In this document: positions 8,801 to 20,672 of the stretch, piece after piece
Numbering within the stretch: position 1 is the first letter of the stretch
Layout: every line of letters starts with the position of its first letter
Assembly (NCBI GenBank): GCA_018645475.1
Contig: JABGWU010000370.1
Location: 502 to 64,501 of the forward strand
From: Opitutia bacterium
Lineage (GTDB): Bacteria; Verrucomicrobiota; Verrucomicrobiia; Opitutales; Seribacteraceae
DNA: 64,000 nt
Reading direction: 5' to 3'
Program-made: the position numbers and the translations under genes
The notes under the pieces: model-generated
Database searches by the model: none
What the model was told of the DNA's origin: nothing
What the model saw: the letters and a program-made list of their open reading frames with translations, nothing else

Positions 8801-9378
8801 GACGAAAATGGGAAGATCATATCCTCTGAAGGAGGATTAAAGGCAATCCGTAATAATTCTTTCGCTGCATTAAGTGGAACAACCTTTTTATCGTCTGGTG
8901 CTGGAAGTCCTAAATCCGCAACATGAAAAACTCCTGAGGTAGTTCTTCTATCACGGGTTGGGTTATGGAGTACTCCCTGAGAGACCCTATGCGATTTAAT
9001 AATCTTTGATGAAAAACTTTGTCCATTTAAGGGCAGTGATGCGATTCTTGCCAAACCGTGTCGATCGAGAACAAAGGATTCAGTTGGGAGGCTAGGTCGA
9101 TCATTACCGAGAGTTTTATCTAGAAAATTCTGAATACGCGTGTCTATTGGACATAAGTGTCCGCGCAATAAGCGAACTTTTTCTCTATATTCCTTAATAA
9201 GTGATTTACTTAAGCGAAGTGCAGGGTTGTTACTTTGATCCCCTACCGTAGGAAGAGCCAGAGTTGCAAGTTTAAGATTCGCATAGTTAACAAGTTCTGC
9301 ATATTCATCTGAAAATTCTGAGTAACTAGTATCAATTCCTAACGCTGTTTGTTTGCTTTTAAGGTCTACGGGTTTCAT
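5899..9378 (-). CDS. Pyrophosphate-dependent phosphoenolpyruvate carboxykinase (PPi-PEPCK)
   Basis: 1159 aa; HNP..DRRTT.GVFH, DNYFGYCKKEVKTQIS, EEEHAGGA, CHKPSTVSGGGKSEISK, NCEYRLFQRPDDA, GKSPSTTGAGSEGALTK. Confidence 0.88.
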   Translation of the reverse strand: MKPVDLKSKQTALGIDTSYSEFSDEYAELVNYANLKLATLALPTVGDQSNNPALRLSKSLIKEYREKVRLLRGHLCPIDTRIQNFLDKTLGNDRPSLPTESFVLDRHGLARIASLPLNGQSFSSKIIKSHRVSQGVLHNPTRDRRTTSGVFHVADLGLPAPDDKKVVPLNAAKELLRIAFNPPSEDMIFPFSSEEKNPAKCWVSLLLRPVVCPAVEGFIREKSMEVRFFAPGGCVANLDFVESIFGNAGDPFLAENDAGLDIESWTGHTGCVIVAPHLAGTPKKLLRLPAKKDATPRQIEDGMYFDDPDEPYNGGDPFKLTFRDSSGSIVTILADNYFGYCKKEVKTQISFSANLSGLSEEEHAGGAIVFPSYDLGEEFDPIAILPKTHQSFKDTLEALGRSFSDLENGYLVDQSFESIIYLPENALFSLRNQSISWKGEEKREHKIILEPDFAYILPSGYKVEMKKTEHNGPWKLVGTVGEGFLCHKPSTVSGGGKSEISKPLNDAIVSGPVFVADWEEDLEMAKSILNKDFSNRFIEPEKHNLKNRSILSPSRSLGSVIKLLTPSNNLYTDEFNNWLSTIPQRVKDLILIIKRRHNNEWADDWEKEFSVDSINGQPANELRYKGNKLITRHLRIGFDQKNSWRLFALRKDFVPAFKILAEDDITASTLAPLKLLENIGVGNFNQSAKFVHNCEYRLFQRPDDAIIRGFDKQTEADLAKSGNFISNFQALSQNDAKEQKSHTLSFEKYTEPMRQLIETVCENEDSNTSFVSSANPRIVDGKPTKNPRYLQTRPDLFDPRSVYLALVGTRLKRNIPKEKTVLYPVRAVLPGRRNNPSNKKEGIRPLCCFAPIHYLELPELFMDFIVSVTGKSPSTTGAGSEGALTKSPFNAILPIHDLNAALVSYASTGQGAFITSAGYVGPKYKVNHDISLLIPEIWSRLRDFENDPKEMIEKGFLEKVPNFSFQGEELQTSYLGYRITRRFTHEFLGRIFTDPVSVFPEDMLKPELQDEAQYADSITNLVEAGKLVAKRYFDDNSIEKACPPLKALLTIMVKGHWEGKGINDQEFRSLFDPSNILQSDWYADRLKTRINVAQNYWESRIDYLNNFMKDPVNKISCEKLSVKQRYEFCINALSELENKPVAIERIRGCLGTDPSLYEI

Positions 9379-9582
9379 AGTTTAAATTATATTACTTATT
9401 AAGAATGGATCATGCCCAAAAATAAATTCGTATTAAAGTGTGTAAATTTTTTCCACTTTATAATAAAATCAGAGATTTAGTCTACGAGTAAGTGTAAAAG
9501 AAACAAGAGACATCATTTTAAAAACTGATACATCATATGATGCTTGAACAAATTCGTTTAACATGTTTGAATAAATCATTAC

Positions 9583-9659
9583 GGGCCCTTAGCTCAGTTG
9601 GTTAGAGCATGCGACTCATAATCGCCAGGTCGTCGGTTCGAGCCCGACAGGGCCCACCA
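9583..9659 (+). tRNA. tRNA-Ile2 (CAT anticodon, lysidine type; elongator Met not fully excluded)
   Basis: Cloverleaf GGGCCCT...AGGGCCC-ACCA, anticodon arm GCGA-CTCATAA-TCGC, T-loop GGTTCGAGCC. Closely resembles known tRNA-Ile2 sequences. Confidence 0.9.
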
Positions 9660-9684
9660 TTTGCTTAATTACTTAATTTACCCC

Positions 9685-9714
9685 ATTCCAAGTAATTGAT
9701 TCACAACTTGGAAT
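9685..9714 (+). terminator. Hairpin downstream of the tRNA
   Basis: ATTCCAAGT...ACTTGGAAT inverted repeat followed by TT. Confidence 0.4.
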
Positions 9715-10131
9715 TTCGAGATTTACGCACTCATTTGGATCTTTAAGAAATTCAGAATATTCAACTATTTTAATTCGATTTAAAATTTTAGTTATCCGTG
9801 CCTTAGTTGAAATATGTAATTGGTTATTTTCGAACAAATCTTATTTATTTTTATTTAAAATACGATCAACCTTTAGTTCTCGATCGTGAAATAATTTTCA
9901 AATGCTCTTCACGAGGATCTGGTTTTGTAGCCTTTTATTCAAGGGGATTGGAAGTTGACAAACCTATGAGGAATTTGAAGTCAATTAATTCACAAATAAG
10001 CAAGTTCTGTATAAAATTATAAAATCTTATGAATTTATATAACATCTCATATGAGACTGTTTTTGAACAATATAAAAAGGTTCTTTTTAAATGAACGACA
10101 CAAAGGAGAATTTTCTCCTATAAACAAAGGT

Positions 10132-10545
10132 TTAACGAGATTTGCTGCGGGCTATTTTTTTGGCCATCTCGAAACGGGCAACTGCTTCCAGCTGTTCAAT
10201 TTGAGCACGATCAAGGTTACTTTTCTTACCCTCCTCTAAAGCTTTTTTGGCTTTTTGGATGGCATCTTCAATTTCAGATTCGTCTTGGTTACTCACATCA
10301 ATGGCTTGATCTGTTATGATTGATACTTTGTTACCATAAACTTCAACAAAGCCTGATCCGATGGCTAGGAAATTACATTTACCATTATGTTCAATTTTGA
10401 GGTCACCCGGGATTACTCTATCAATGATCGGAATGTGCTTAGAGAGAATATCAATTTTTCCATTTAAAGTTGGCACCACTACACTTTTAACTTCTTCAGA
10501 AAAAGCAATTTTGTCGGGTGTAACAATCTCGAGAACGAGTGACAT
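10132..10545 (-). CDS. atpC: F1 ATP synthase epsilon subunit
   Basis: MSLVLEIVTPD...GKIDILSKHIP; last gene of the atp operon. Confidence 0.95.
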   Translation of the reverse strand: MSLVLEIVTPDKIAFSEEVKSVVVPTLNGKIDILSKHIPIIDRVIPGDLKIEHNGKCNFLAIGSGFVEVYGNKVSIITDQAIDVSNQDESEIEDAIQKAKKALEEGKKSNLDRAQIEQLEAVARFEMAKKIARSKSR

Positions 10546-10555
10546 TATATAAAAA

Positions 10556-12890
<2,335 letters not shown>

Positions 12891-12911
12891 GAACGAAAAA
12901 AATTAAAGAAA

Positions 12912-14444
12912 TTAGGATTGCGTGCGTTTCCAATTTTCTAAAGCGGAACGGAGTTTTTCCACCGTACCATCTTCTAATTTCCCAGAAGTATGAATTTCAT
13001 CACAGGCTTCTTTACCCTGTGTGTACAAGTACTCTTTTAAGCTATCAACAGCTTCTGCAATTTTAGAAACTTCAATGGAATCAAAGAAATCATTCTGAAT
13101 GGCCCACATTACTGCTGTTTGAACTTCAACAGGAACTGGATTAAATGCCGTTTGTTTAAAGATTTCAACAATACGTGCACCACGATCTAATCTTGCTTTG
13201 GTAGCAGCGTCTAAGTCTGATTCAAATTGTGAGAATGCAGCTAATTCCCGAAATTGTGCCAATTCAAGTTTAACTTTACCGGCAACTTTCTTGTATGCCT
13301 TAATTTGTGCAGCAGAACCTACACGGGAAACAGAAAGCCCGACAGAGACTGCTGGGCGAATACCTTTATTAAAAAGGTCAGTTTCCAAGAAGATTTGACC
13401 ATCTGTTATTGAAATTACATTGGTGGGAATATAACCCGAAACATCTCCCATTTGAGTCTCAATAATAGGGAGTGCCGTCAGAGACCCATTCCCATTATCT
13501 TCATTTAATCGAGCTGAGCGTTCCAACAACCGAGAGTGTAAATAAAATACATCCCCTGGGTATGCTTCACGACCGGAGGGACGCTTCAGGATAAGTGAAA
13601 TTTGCCTGTAAGCTACGGCATGTTTCGAGAGATCATCATATACAATGAGTGCATCCATGCCATTCTCCATAAACCACTCACCCATTGCACAACCAGCATA
13701 GGGTGCTAAATATTGATTAGCTGGATTGTCTGCTGCAGGAGCAGAAACGATAATGACATAATCCATTGCCCCTGTTTCTTCCAAAACTTTAATTGTCCGT
13801 GCAACATTAGAATTTTTTTGGCCTATCGCTACATAAACGCAATAAACTGGTCTAAAGTCGGGATCTCCCGTCTCTTCCCCTTTTTTATTGATTTTAGCCT
13901 GATTAATAATTGTGTCTATAGCAATTGTAGTTTTACCAGTAGAGCGGTCACCGATAATGAGCTCTCTTTGCCCACGACCAATTGGAATCATTGAGTCCAC
14001 GGCCATGATACCAGTCTGCAATGGTTGCGTGACTGATTTTCGTGGAATAATTCCTGGTGCAATTCGCTCCACAGGGAAGGATATATCAGAATCAATGGGG
14101 CCCTTCTCGTCAATCGGTCTACCTACTGCGTCAACTACTCGTCCTAATAAACCTTTTCCGACAGGAACTGATAATAATTTGCCAGTTGTTCTGACTTCAT
14201 CACCTTCTTTTAAGGCACTTGTCTCACCAAGGATCACACAACCGACCGAGTCCTCTTCCAAATTTAGTGCTATTCCTAGAACATTATTTGGAAATTCAAC
14301 CATCTCATTGTACATGACTTTTGACAATCCTTCAACTCGAGCAACTCCATCTGCTAGGGTTGAAATGGTGCCGACATTTGTACGGGTAGCATCAGTGGAG
14401 AGATTTTCTATTTCCTTGCGAATTAAATCAGTAATGGAACTCAT
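12912..14444 (-). CDS. atpA: F1 ATP synthase alpha subunit
   Basis: GDRSTGKT; [19 protein letters not shown]. Confidence 0.99.
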   Translation of the reverse strand: MSSITDLIRKEIENLSTDATRTNVGTISTLADGVARVEGLSKVMYNEMVEFPNNVLGIALNLEEDSVGCVILGETSALKEGDEVRTTGKLLSVPVGKGLLGRVVDAVGRPIDEKGPIDSDISFPVERIAPGIIPRKSVTQPLQTGIMAVDSMIPIGRGQRELIIGDRSTGKTTIAIDTIINQAKINKKGEETGDPDFRPVYCVYVAIGQKNSNVARTIKVLEETGAMDYVIIVSAPAADNPANQYLAPYAGCAMGEWFMENGMDALIVYDDLSKHAVAYRQISLILKRPSGREAYPGDVFYLHSRLLERSARLNEDNGNGSLTALPIIETQMGDVSGYIPTNVISITDGQIFLETDLFNKGIRPAVSVGLSVSRVGSAAQIKAYKKVAGKVKLELAQFRELAAFSQFESDLDAATKARLDRGARIVEIFKQTAFNPVPVEVQTAVMWAIQNDFFDSIEVSKIAEAVDSLKEYLYTQGKEACDEIHTSGKLEDGTVEKLRSALENWKRTQS

Positions 14445-14458
14445 TGGATATGTTCAGA

Positions 14459-14857
14459 TTAGGTAAGAGATTTTTTAAGTCTTGAAATTCTGCTTGATAA
14501 AGAATCCTCGTATACATCATCCCCTACACGAAGTTTAAATCCAGCAATAAGTGGTTCATTTTTTTCTTGAATGAGGTCTATTTTACTTCCTTTTGCCTCA
14601 GACAGTTTGTCCGAAAATATTTTGGTAAGAGTTTTATTTTCGTCGGTAGAAGTTTCTAGTACACCTTGGTAAGAATTAATTGTACGCTTCATTAAAGCAA
14701 AATAATCTCGAAGAATTGGTAAAGATTTACTAACAGCTTCTTTTTTTAATTCTAAAATTACTTCTTCAACTCTTTTTTGGTCAGCCTTCCCCTCTTCGTT
14801 GAGAGATAAAAGAAGCAAACCTTTGGCGATTTTTAAAGCTTTAGAATCTTTGGACAT
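14459..14857 (-). CDS. atpH: ATP synthase delta subunit (short form)
   Basis: C-terminal LIAGFKLRVGDDVYEDS; position between atpF and atpA. Confidence 0.88.
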   Translation of the reverse strand: MSKDSKALKIAKGLLLLSLNEEGKADQKRVEEVILELKKEAVSKSLPILRDYFALMKRTINSYQGVLETSTDENKTLTKIFSDKLSEAKGSKIDLIQEKNEPLIAGFKLRVGDDVYEDSLSSRISRLKKSLT

Positions 14858-14870
14858 TTGAAAACTCAGT

Positions 14871-15407
14871 TTAGCTAGAAAAGGAAATCTCTTTTGCTGC
14901 AGATTCAGAGAAACGAGATTTCTCGTCGTCTGCCAATTCCCGCTGGAGCACTTTACTGGTTGTTAAAATAACCAGCGAGGCAATTTCCTCTCGAGCATCG
15001 TTCAAAACTCTTTGTCTTTCGAGTTCCATGGCACTTTTAGCTTTCTCAACGATTTCCTCGGCTTGTTTACGAGCTTCATCTTTTTGAGATTCTATGTAAG
15101 ATTTTGCTTGTTCTTGAGCAGAAGCAACAGTTTTTTTAGCTTCTAATGAAGCTTCTAGAAGAGTTTCATTTTGTTGCTTTTCAGTCGCTTCAAGTTCTAA
15201 TTTAATTTTTTCTGCGTTTTTTAGAGAATCTGCTATCTTTTTCTCACGCTCATCGATTGTAAGAAGAATTTTCTTCAGAGCAAAGTGCCAAATGACAAAG
15301 GCAACAATTACAAAATTAATAGCCTGAGCAATAAGTAAAGGCGTATCGACACCAAACTTTTCAACAATTCCTGTCGTTACATCCGATAAACTTGCCAAGG
15401 CAATCAT
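14871..15407 (-). CDS. atpF: Fo subunit b
   Basis: LLIAQAINF transmembrane helix followed by a charged coiled coil. Confidence 0.95.
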   Translation of the reverse strand: MIALASLSDVTTGIVEKFGVDTPLLIAQAINFVIVAFVIWHFALKKILLTIDEREKKIADSLKNAEKIKLELEATEKQQNETLLEASLEAKKTVASAQEQAKSYIESQKDEARKQAEEIVEKAKSAMELERQRVLNDAREEIASLVILTTSKVLQRELADDEKSRFSESAAKEISFSS

Positions 15408-15437
15408 TTTAAATGAGGTGGGTTAAGAATTTTTAAT

Positions 15438-15749
15438 TTAAAGAAACAAGGAATAAAATGCTACAGCTTCAGCGAGAGCCATTCCGATAATAGACTGAAC
15501 GAGAATTGCTCCGGATGCATCTGGGTTTCTTCCAACTGCTTCTGCACCTTTCATTCCAACGATCCCTACACCAATAGCTGCACCTAAACATCCAAGTCCA
15601 CCCTGAATACTGCCTGTGATTCCTGTAGCCTTGAGCCTCTCGAGGGCCTGCTCTTGTGCTGCTTTAGTTACTTCAGTAGCCTGTTCGACTGTACTTAATA
15701 GTGCCTCAGTTACATTTACATCCGTTGCTTGTGCGATTACTTCTATCAT
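15438..15749 (-). CDS. atpE: Fo subunit c with N-terminal extension
   Basis: GLGCLGAAIGVG; GRNP loop; ALAEA carboxylate. Confidence 0.95.
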   Translation of the reverse strand: MIEVIAQATDVNVTEALLSTVEQATEVTKAAQEQALERLKATGITGSIQGGLGCLGAAIGVGIVGMKGAEAVGRNPDASGAILVQSIIGMALAEAVAFYSLFL

Positions 15750-15815
15750 GATAATTTATTTTATTATATTATGGTTTACGAACGCCCACACTCACGGATG
15801 GTCACGAACAGAAAT

Positions 15816-16682
15816 TTAATGTTGCTCTTCCTCATGGTTACAAATAAGGCCAATGTAGACGGATACGAGAAGCATGAAGACTAGAGCCTGAACGAGGCCA
15901 ATTAGTACCTCCATGAAATAAAAGGGAATTGATGCGGCTGCCATTGTGAAAGTAGAGTTGCCCAATCCAAACATGCTATGAAGTAAGCTTTCTCCTCCGT
16001 AGACATTACCAAATAATCTAAAAGTCAAGGATACAGGTCGGAAAAGAACAGATAATACTTCTATAAATCCGACTGCAATAAATAAAACTGACAATAGGCC
16101 GAAAACAAGAAAATGAGTCTGTGTTTTGTCTGCTTTGTTACCGAACCAATCTTTTATGATGGCTTTAATACCGGCATATTTAACAATAAAATAGATCCAG
16201 CAAATATTAGCCACGAGCGCTAGAGCTAGAGTCATATTAAGGTCTGCATTACCAGGACGGATAAGTGGCTTGCTTACAACAAAATGATTGCCAACCCAGT
16301 GGCCATCACCGATCGTACCAACACCAGGAAGTAAACCGCTCCAGTTTTGAACGAGTATAAAAATGAACAATCCTGATAGTAACCAAAAAGATGGAAAGAA
16401 AACTCTTCTACCAACAATAGGTTCAAGAATAGATCTGATGTTTTGGATAATTGATTCTACAATAAGCTGACCCCTAGAGGGAATTAATGATGTTTTACCC
16501 ACTAAAATTTTAACTAATATAATAATGAAAAGTGAAACAATCCAACTTGTTACCATGGAGTTGGTAATAGGAAAAATCCCAAATTTTATTAATTCATCAG
16601 AAACCAAGCTTACTCCATCCCCTGCCGCAAAAACAGATGAAGAAGACACTAAAAAAGGGAATACTATTAAGGGAGTTTTCAA
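15816..16682 (-). CDS. atpB: Fo subunit a
   Basis: RPVSLTFRLFGN; GLVQALVF. Confidence 0.97.
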   Translation of the reverse strand: MKTPLIVFPFLVSSSSVFAAGDGVSLVSDELIKFGIFPITNSMVTSWIVSLFIIILVKILVGKTSLIPSRGQLIVESIIQNIRSILEPIVGRRVFFPSFWLLSGLFIFILVQNWSGLLPGVGTIGDGHWVGNHFVVSKPLIRPGNADLNMTLALALVANICWIYFIVKYAGIKAIIKDWFGNKADKTQTHFLVFGLLSVLFIAVGFIEVLSVLFRPVSLTFRLFGNVYGGESLLHSMFGLGNSTFTMAAASIPFYFMEVLIGLVQALVFMLLVSVYIGLICNHEEEQH

Positions 16683-16808
16683 ATCAAAATTTTTTAACTA
16701 TAAGTTTAAGTTAAGTTAGGTCAATGCGGATATTTAATATTACAAAAATTTATTAATTATATCAAGATCAGTTACAAAAGTTAAAGAGTTGGTATGTATA
16801 AGAATGTC

Positions 16809-17411
16809 TTATGATCTGACTGCAACGAAACTTTCATAGTTTGGAAGTAAATCTTGAAAGAAACTATTATGCTCTAAAGGCCATGGCAATTCTGCCAAAT
16901 TCCAACTATCAGAATCTTCAAAAATCAATTTTGTCCATTTTAGATATTCCATATGGTCAGTTCGAAAATAAATCTGTGCATCTGGTGTTGTATGAGATAA
17001 TAAAAATTCTAGAAAATTTTCTTGAATAAGCCTTCGTTTGTGATGCCTAGTTTTCGGCCAAGGATCAGGAAAGAAAATAAAAATTCTAGAAAACTTAATG
17101 GCTTTTGGTTTAAATTCTAGGAATTCGTTAGCATCTGCTTTTAGAAAAGATAGATTATTTAAATCGTTAATAAATCTTTTGTTATTAGATTTTTCTATTC
17201 TTTTGGTGTTTAAATCTACGCCAATGCACTGTCGCGTTGAGTTTTGTTGTGCATAGGCATTTAGCCAATGACCATGACCACACCCTATCTCTAGGTCAAT
17301 GTGTTTAGATACAGAGGAATCGAAATTGGTAAGTATTTGCTGGTTGAAAAAGGAAAGTACCCTCCCCTCTCGATGATTAAGGTCAGAAAATTTACGAAGA
17401 AAATAATCCAT
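16809..17411 (-). CDS. trmB: tRNA (guanine-N7)-methyltransferase
   Basis: LEIGCGHG; FPDPWPKTRHHKRR; RTD. Confidence 0.93.
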   Translation of the reverse strand: MDYFLRKFSDLNHREGRVLSFFNQQILTNFDSSVSKHIDLEIGCGHGHWLNAYAQQNSTRQCIGVDLNTKRIEKSNNKRFINDLNNLSFLKADANEFLEFKPKAIKFSRIFIFFPDPWPKTRHHKRRLIQENFLEFLLSHTTPDAQIYFRTDHMEYLKWTKLIFEDSDSWNLAELPWPLEHNSFFQDLLPNYESFVAVRS

Positions 17412-17415
17412 ATAA

Positions 17416-19299
17416 TTATTGTTTTCTTTTTGAAAGCAGAACCATAAGGACACTTATATCAGAAGGATTAACCCCAGAGATACGATTAGCTTGTGCAAGT
17501 GTCTCAGGGCGAATCGAAGATAGCTTTTCCCCGCTTTCCTTTCGAAGTCCTGGAATAGAATCATATTTAAAAGATTTGGGAATTGAAATGTTTTCTAAAT
17601 TGTCAAATTTCTTAATATTTTTTAATTCACGATTGAGATAACCTTCGTAAATTACACGATAAGAAATTTCAGATCTAATTTCATGATGTAATTTGTTGAA
17701 TTCATCAGGGAGAAAATCTATTCCTTTTCCTCGCTTCATTTCATCAGCAAAAGTTGACCCACATGGGAGTCTTAAGCTGTGGAGTTTATCAATCCACAGG
17801 TTTATAGTTTTCATTTTCTGTTTGATCGCTTCTAATCGATTTTTGGGTACTAAAGAAATAGCTTCTAATTTGGGTAGATACCGTAATTCTGAACTACCGT
17901 GATTAAACAATAACCTGTATTCGGCACGACTCGTGAACATTCTGTACGGTTCGGTAGTCCCCTTAGTGACTAAATCATCAATAAGAACACCGATGTATCC
18001 CTCGTCACGTCCAAAAGAAACTTGATTCTCCCCTAGAGCTTTCCTAGCACTATTTATGCCAGCTACTAATCCTTGTGCTCCAGCCTCTTCGTAACCTGAA
18101 GTGCCGTTAATCTGACCAGCAAAGTAAAGGGATTCAACTTTTAATGATTCGAGGGTACTGGACAATTGAGTAGGTATTGCATAATCATATTCTACGGCGT
18201 ACGCAGGCCTAATAATTATAGCATCCTCTAAACCGGGTATAGAATGGACGACTCTATTTTGTACATCAAATGGTAAGCTTGTAGAGAGACCATTGATATA
18301 CCATTCGTCAGTATTTTTGCCTTCTGGTTCTAGGTAAATCTTATGACCATCTTTATCGCCAAATCGTACAATTTTATCTTCAATACTTGGGCAATATCGT
18401 GGACCAGTTCCAGATATATCACCTTTATATAATGGCGAAAGATGTAAGTTATCGCTTATTATTTGAGAGGTTTTTGTGGTAGTTCTCGTTGTCCAGCAAT
18501 TAATTTGTTCAAGAGGATTATTATTTTGTTCCACGTGGAACCATCTTCCTTTTTGTTCCACATGGAACACATCGTTATTTGATCGTGTGTCATAAAAAGC
18601 AAATTTTGTTGGGTTTTTATCCCCATGTTGAATTTCAGTAATATTAAAGTTAATGGATCTGCCAAGAAGTCTCGGGGGCGTGCCTGTTTTAAATCGTTCA
18701 AGCTTGATTCCGGCTTTGATAAAGTCGACGGATAGACCTTTTGCAACATGATCACCAAGTCTTCCGCCTTCAGATGTTTCTTTACCTACATGCATCAAGG
18801 CTCGTAGGAATGTACCTGTTGTAACAACAGTACTTTTACCATAGAACATTAAGCCGAGGTTTGTTTTAACTCCGACGCATTTATCTTTTTCGAAAATTAG
18901 TCCTGTCACGAGGGATTGAAACATCGTAATATTAGGATTAAGTTCAATGACATGTTTTATTCTAAGTTGATAGGCTTTTTTGTCGCATTGTGCTCTAGGA
19001 GCTTGTACCGCTGGTCCTTTGGATGAATTCAATAATTTAAATTGGATTGCTGTACGATCTGTATTTAGAGCCATTTCACCGCCAAGTGCATCAATTTCTC
19101 TGACAATTTGCCCCTTCGCCTGTCCACCTATTGCAGGATTGCAACTCATCTGTGCGATTGTATCAAGGTTACCTGTAAGCATTAGAACATCAGCACCAAC
19201 CCTTGATGCTGCGAGTGCGGCTTCACAACCAGCATGTCCACCACCACAAACAATAACATCGTATGGTGAATTTTTATGAGTTCTTAATCCTGAATTCAT
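17416..19299 (-). CDS. mnmG: tRNA uridine-5-carboxymethylaminomethyl modification enzyme MnmG (GidA)
   Basis: GGGHAGCEAA; SCNPAIGG; GPRYCPSIEDK; GQINGTSGYEEA. Confidence 0.98.
   Translation of the reverse strand: MNSGLRTHKNSPYDVIVCGGGHAGCEAALAASRVGADVLMLTGNLDTIAQMSCNPAIGGQAKGQIVREIDALGGEMALNTDRTAIQFKLLNSSKGPAVQAPRAQCDKKAYQLRIKHVIELNPNITMFQSLVTGLIFEKDKCVGVKTNLGLMFYGKSTVVTTGTFLRALMHVGKETSEGGRLGDHVAKGLSVDFIKAGIKLERFKTGTPPRLLGRSINFNITEIQHGDKNPTKFAFYDTRSNNDVFHVEQKGRWFHVEQNNNPLEQINCWTTRTTTKTSQIISDNLHLSPLYKGDISGTGPRYCPSIEDKIVRFGDKDGHKIYLEPEGKNTDEWYINGLSTSLPFDVQNRVVHSIPGLEDAIIIRPAYAVEYDYAIPTQLSSTLESLKVESLYFAGQINGTSGYEEAGAQGLVAGINSARKALGENQVSFGRDEGYIGVLIDDLVTKGTTEPYRMFTSRAEYRLLFNHGSSELRYLPKLEAISLVPKNRLEAIKQKMKTINLWIDKLHSLRLPCGSTFADEMKRGKGIDFLPDEFNKLHHEIRSEISYRVIYEGYLNRELKNIKKFDNLENISIPKSFKYDSIPGLRKESGEKLSSIRPETLAQANRISGVNPSDISVLMVLLSKRKQ
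18527..18542. promoter_or_regulatory. parS centromere-like site 1 (within mnmG)
   Basis: TGTTCCACGTGGAACC versus the parS consensus TGTTNCACGTGAAACA. Confidence 0.75.
18554..18569. promoter_or_regulatory. parS centromere-like site 2 (within mnmG)
   Basis: TGTTCCACATGGAACA, starting 27 bp after site 1. Confidence 0.7.
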
Positions 19300-20672
19300 T
19301 TACCAATACAAAAATTTTTGAAAAGTTCAGTTAACATATCTTCATTGTCTTTTATTCCAATAATAGAATTTATTTCACCGATAGATATTTTAAGTTCTTG
19401 TAAAATAATTTCTTCATTTAATGAATCATTTACTAATCGGCGAACTTCTTCTATGCTTTTTAAAGCATGTTTTAAGTGGTTCTGCTGCCTTTTATTTACA
19501 ATGATTCTTGTTGTGTAGTCATCGACGAATTTATGATTTAATAAAGCTTCAACTTCATTTGTTATTATTTCTGAGCAGTTCTGCTCGATTGCAGAACATT
19601 CAACATAACTAAAATGTTTTGGAAGTAAATTTTGACAGAGGACTTTTTTTAAATCCGACTTATTGCCAATTATTATAACATCATGACTTTTAATTTTTTC
19701 TTTTATTCTTTCAAAAAAACTTGTAGGGAAGGGTAGGGAAGAGTCCAGAACAAGTAATATAATTTTAGATTTAATGAGTATCTCAAATGTTTTTTCGACA
19801 CCCAAAGCCTCAATTTGATTTTCAGTTTTTCTAATGCCTGCCGTATCAAAAAATTCTACATTGTACCCATTAACAACAATTTCCTTTGAGATATAATCTC
19901 TTGTAGTTCCAGACTTACTATCCACTAATGCTCTTTTTTCGTGTAGTAGTTTGTTGAAAATACTACTTTTACCTACATTTGGAGGGCCAATTAGTGATAC
20001 TTTGATACCATCAGATAATGATTTACTAATTTTTCCAGATTGAACTAAATCATTGATTGATATAATTATAGGAGAAATAATGTTAGTTATTTCATCCGAG
20101 TTCTGAGAAGAAATTTCATCCTCAGGGAAATCTATACTTGCTTCAAATCTAGCCTGTAAATTGATCAGTTTCGATTGTATGTCTTGCAAAATCTTGCTGA
20201 AATTTCCCACTAAATGGTTGTTCGCAATTTCGATTTCAACTTCACTTTTAGCAGAAATTATTTGTGCAACAGATTCTGCTTGTGAAAGATCGATTTTACC
20301 GTTTAAGAATGCTCTTTTTGTGTATTCTCCTGGATTCGCAAGTCTACAGTTTCTTTTTAAAAGATCATTTAATATTTGATTTGCAATCAAAGGATTACCA
20401 TGAAATGCAATTTCAATTATTTCTTCACCTGTGTAAGATTTCTCGTTGGCGAAATAAACAAATAATACCTGATCTATAAAATTTCCATTTAATGAAACAT
20501 AATCTTTTAGAATTGATTTTCTAGGGGTAGGGTAGGGGGTTTTAAAAATATCTTTACATAATTTTATACACAAATTTCCGCTTATTCTAATAACTCCGAT
20601 TGCTGACTCTCCTGCATTTGTCGCAAGAGATACAATAGTATCTTGTTCTGGCACAACAAATTCCAGAATCAA
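19296..20672 (-). CDS. mnmE: tRNA modification GTPase MnmE (TrmE)
   Basis: DTIVSLAT; SYTGE; GPPNVGKSS; GTTRD; DTAG; NKSD; C-terminal FCIGK. Confidence 0.97.
   Translation of the reverse strand: MILEFVVPEQDTIVSLATNAGESAIGVIRISGNLCIKLCKDIFKTPYPTPRKSILKDYVSLNGNFIDQVLFVYFANEKSYTGEEIIEIAFHGNPLIANQILNDLLKRNCRLANPGEYTKRAFLNGKIDLSQAESVAQIISAKSEVEIEIANNHLVGNFSKILQDIQSKLINLQARFEASIDFPEDEISSQNSDEITNIISPIIISINDLVQSGKISKSLSDGIKVSLIGPPNVGKSSIFNKLLHEKRALVDSKSGTTRDYISKEIVVNGYNVEFFDTAGIRKTENQIEALGVEKTFEILIKSKIILLVLDSSLPFPTSFFERIKEKIKSHDVIIIGNKSDLKKVLCQNLLPKHFSYVECSAIEQNCSEIITNEVEALLNHKFVDDYTTRIIVNKRQQNHLKHALKSIEEVRRLVNDSLNEEIILQELKISIGEINSIIGIKDNEDMLTELFKNFCIGK

Noticed and set aside
9660-10131. AT-rich gap after the tRNA as oriC or an integration scar; ORFs 9807-10022 and 10051-10239
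   Set aside because: Only DnaA-box matches with 2 or more mismatches were seen. No tRNA 3' duplication or integrase is present, and the ORFs have no recognisable features.
18554-18569. TGTTC...GAACA as a LexA box
   Set aside because: The spacer is 6 nt, not 4, and the site is intragenic. It fits parS much better.
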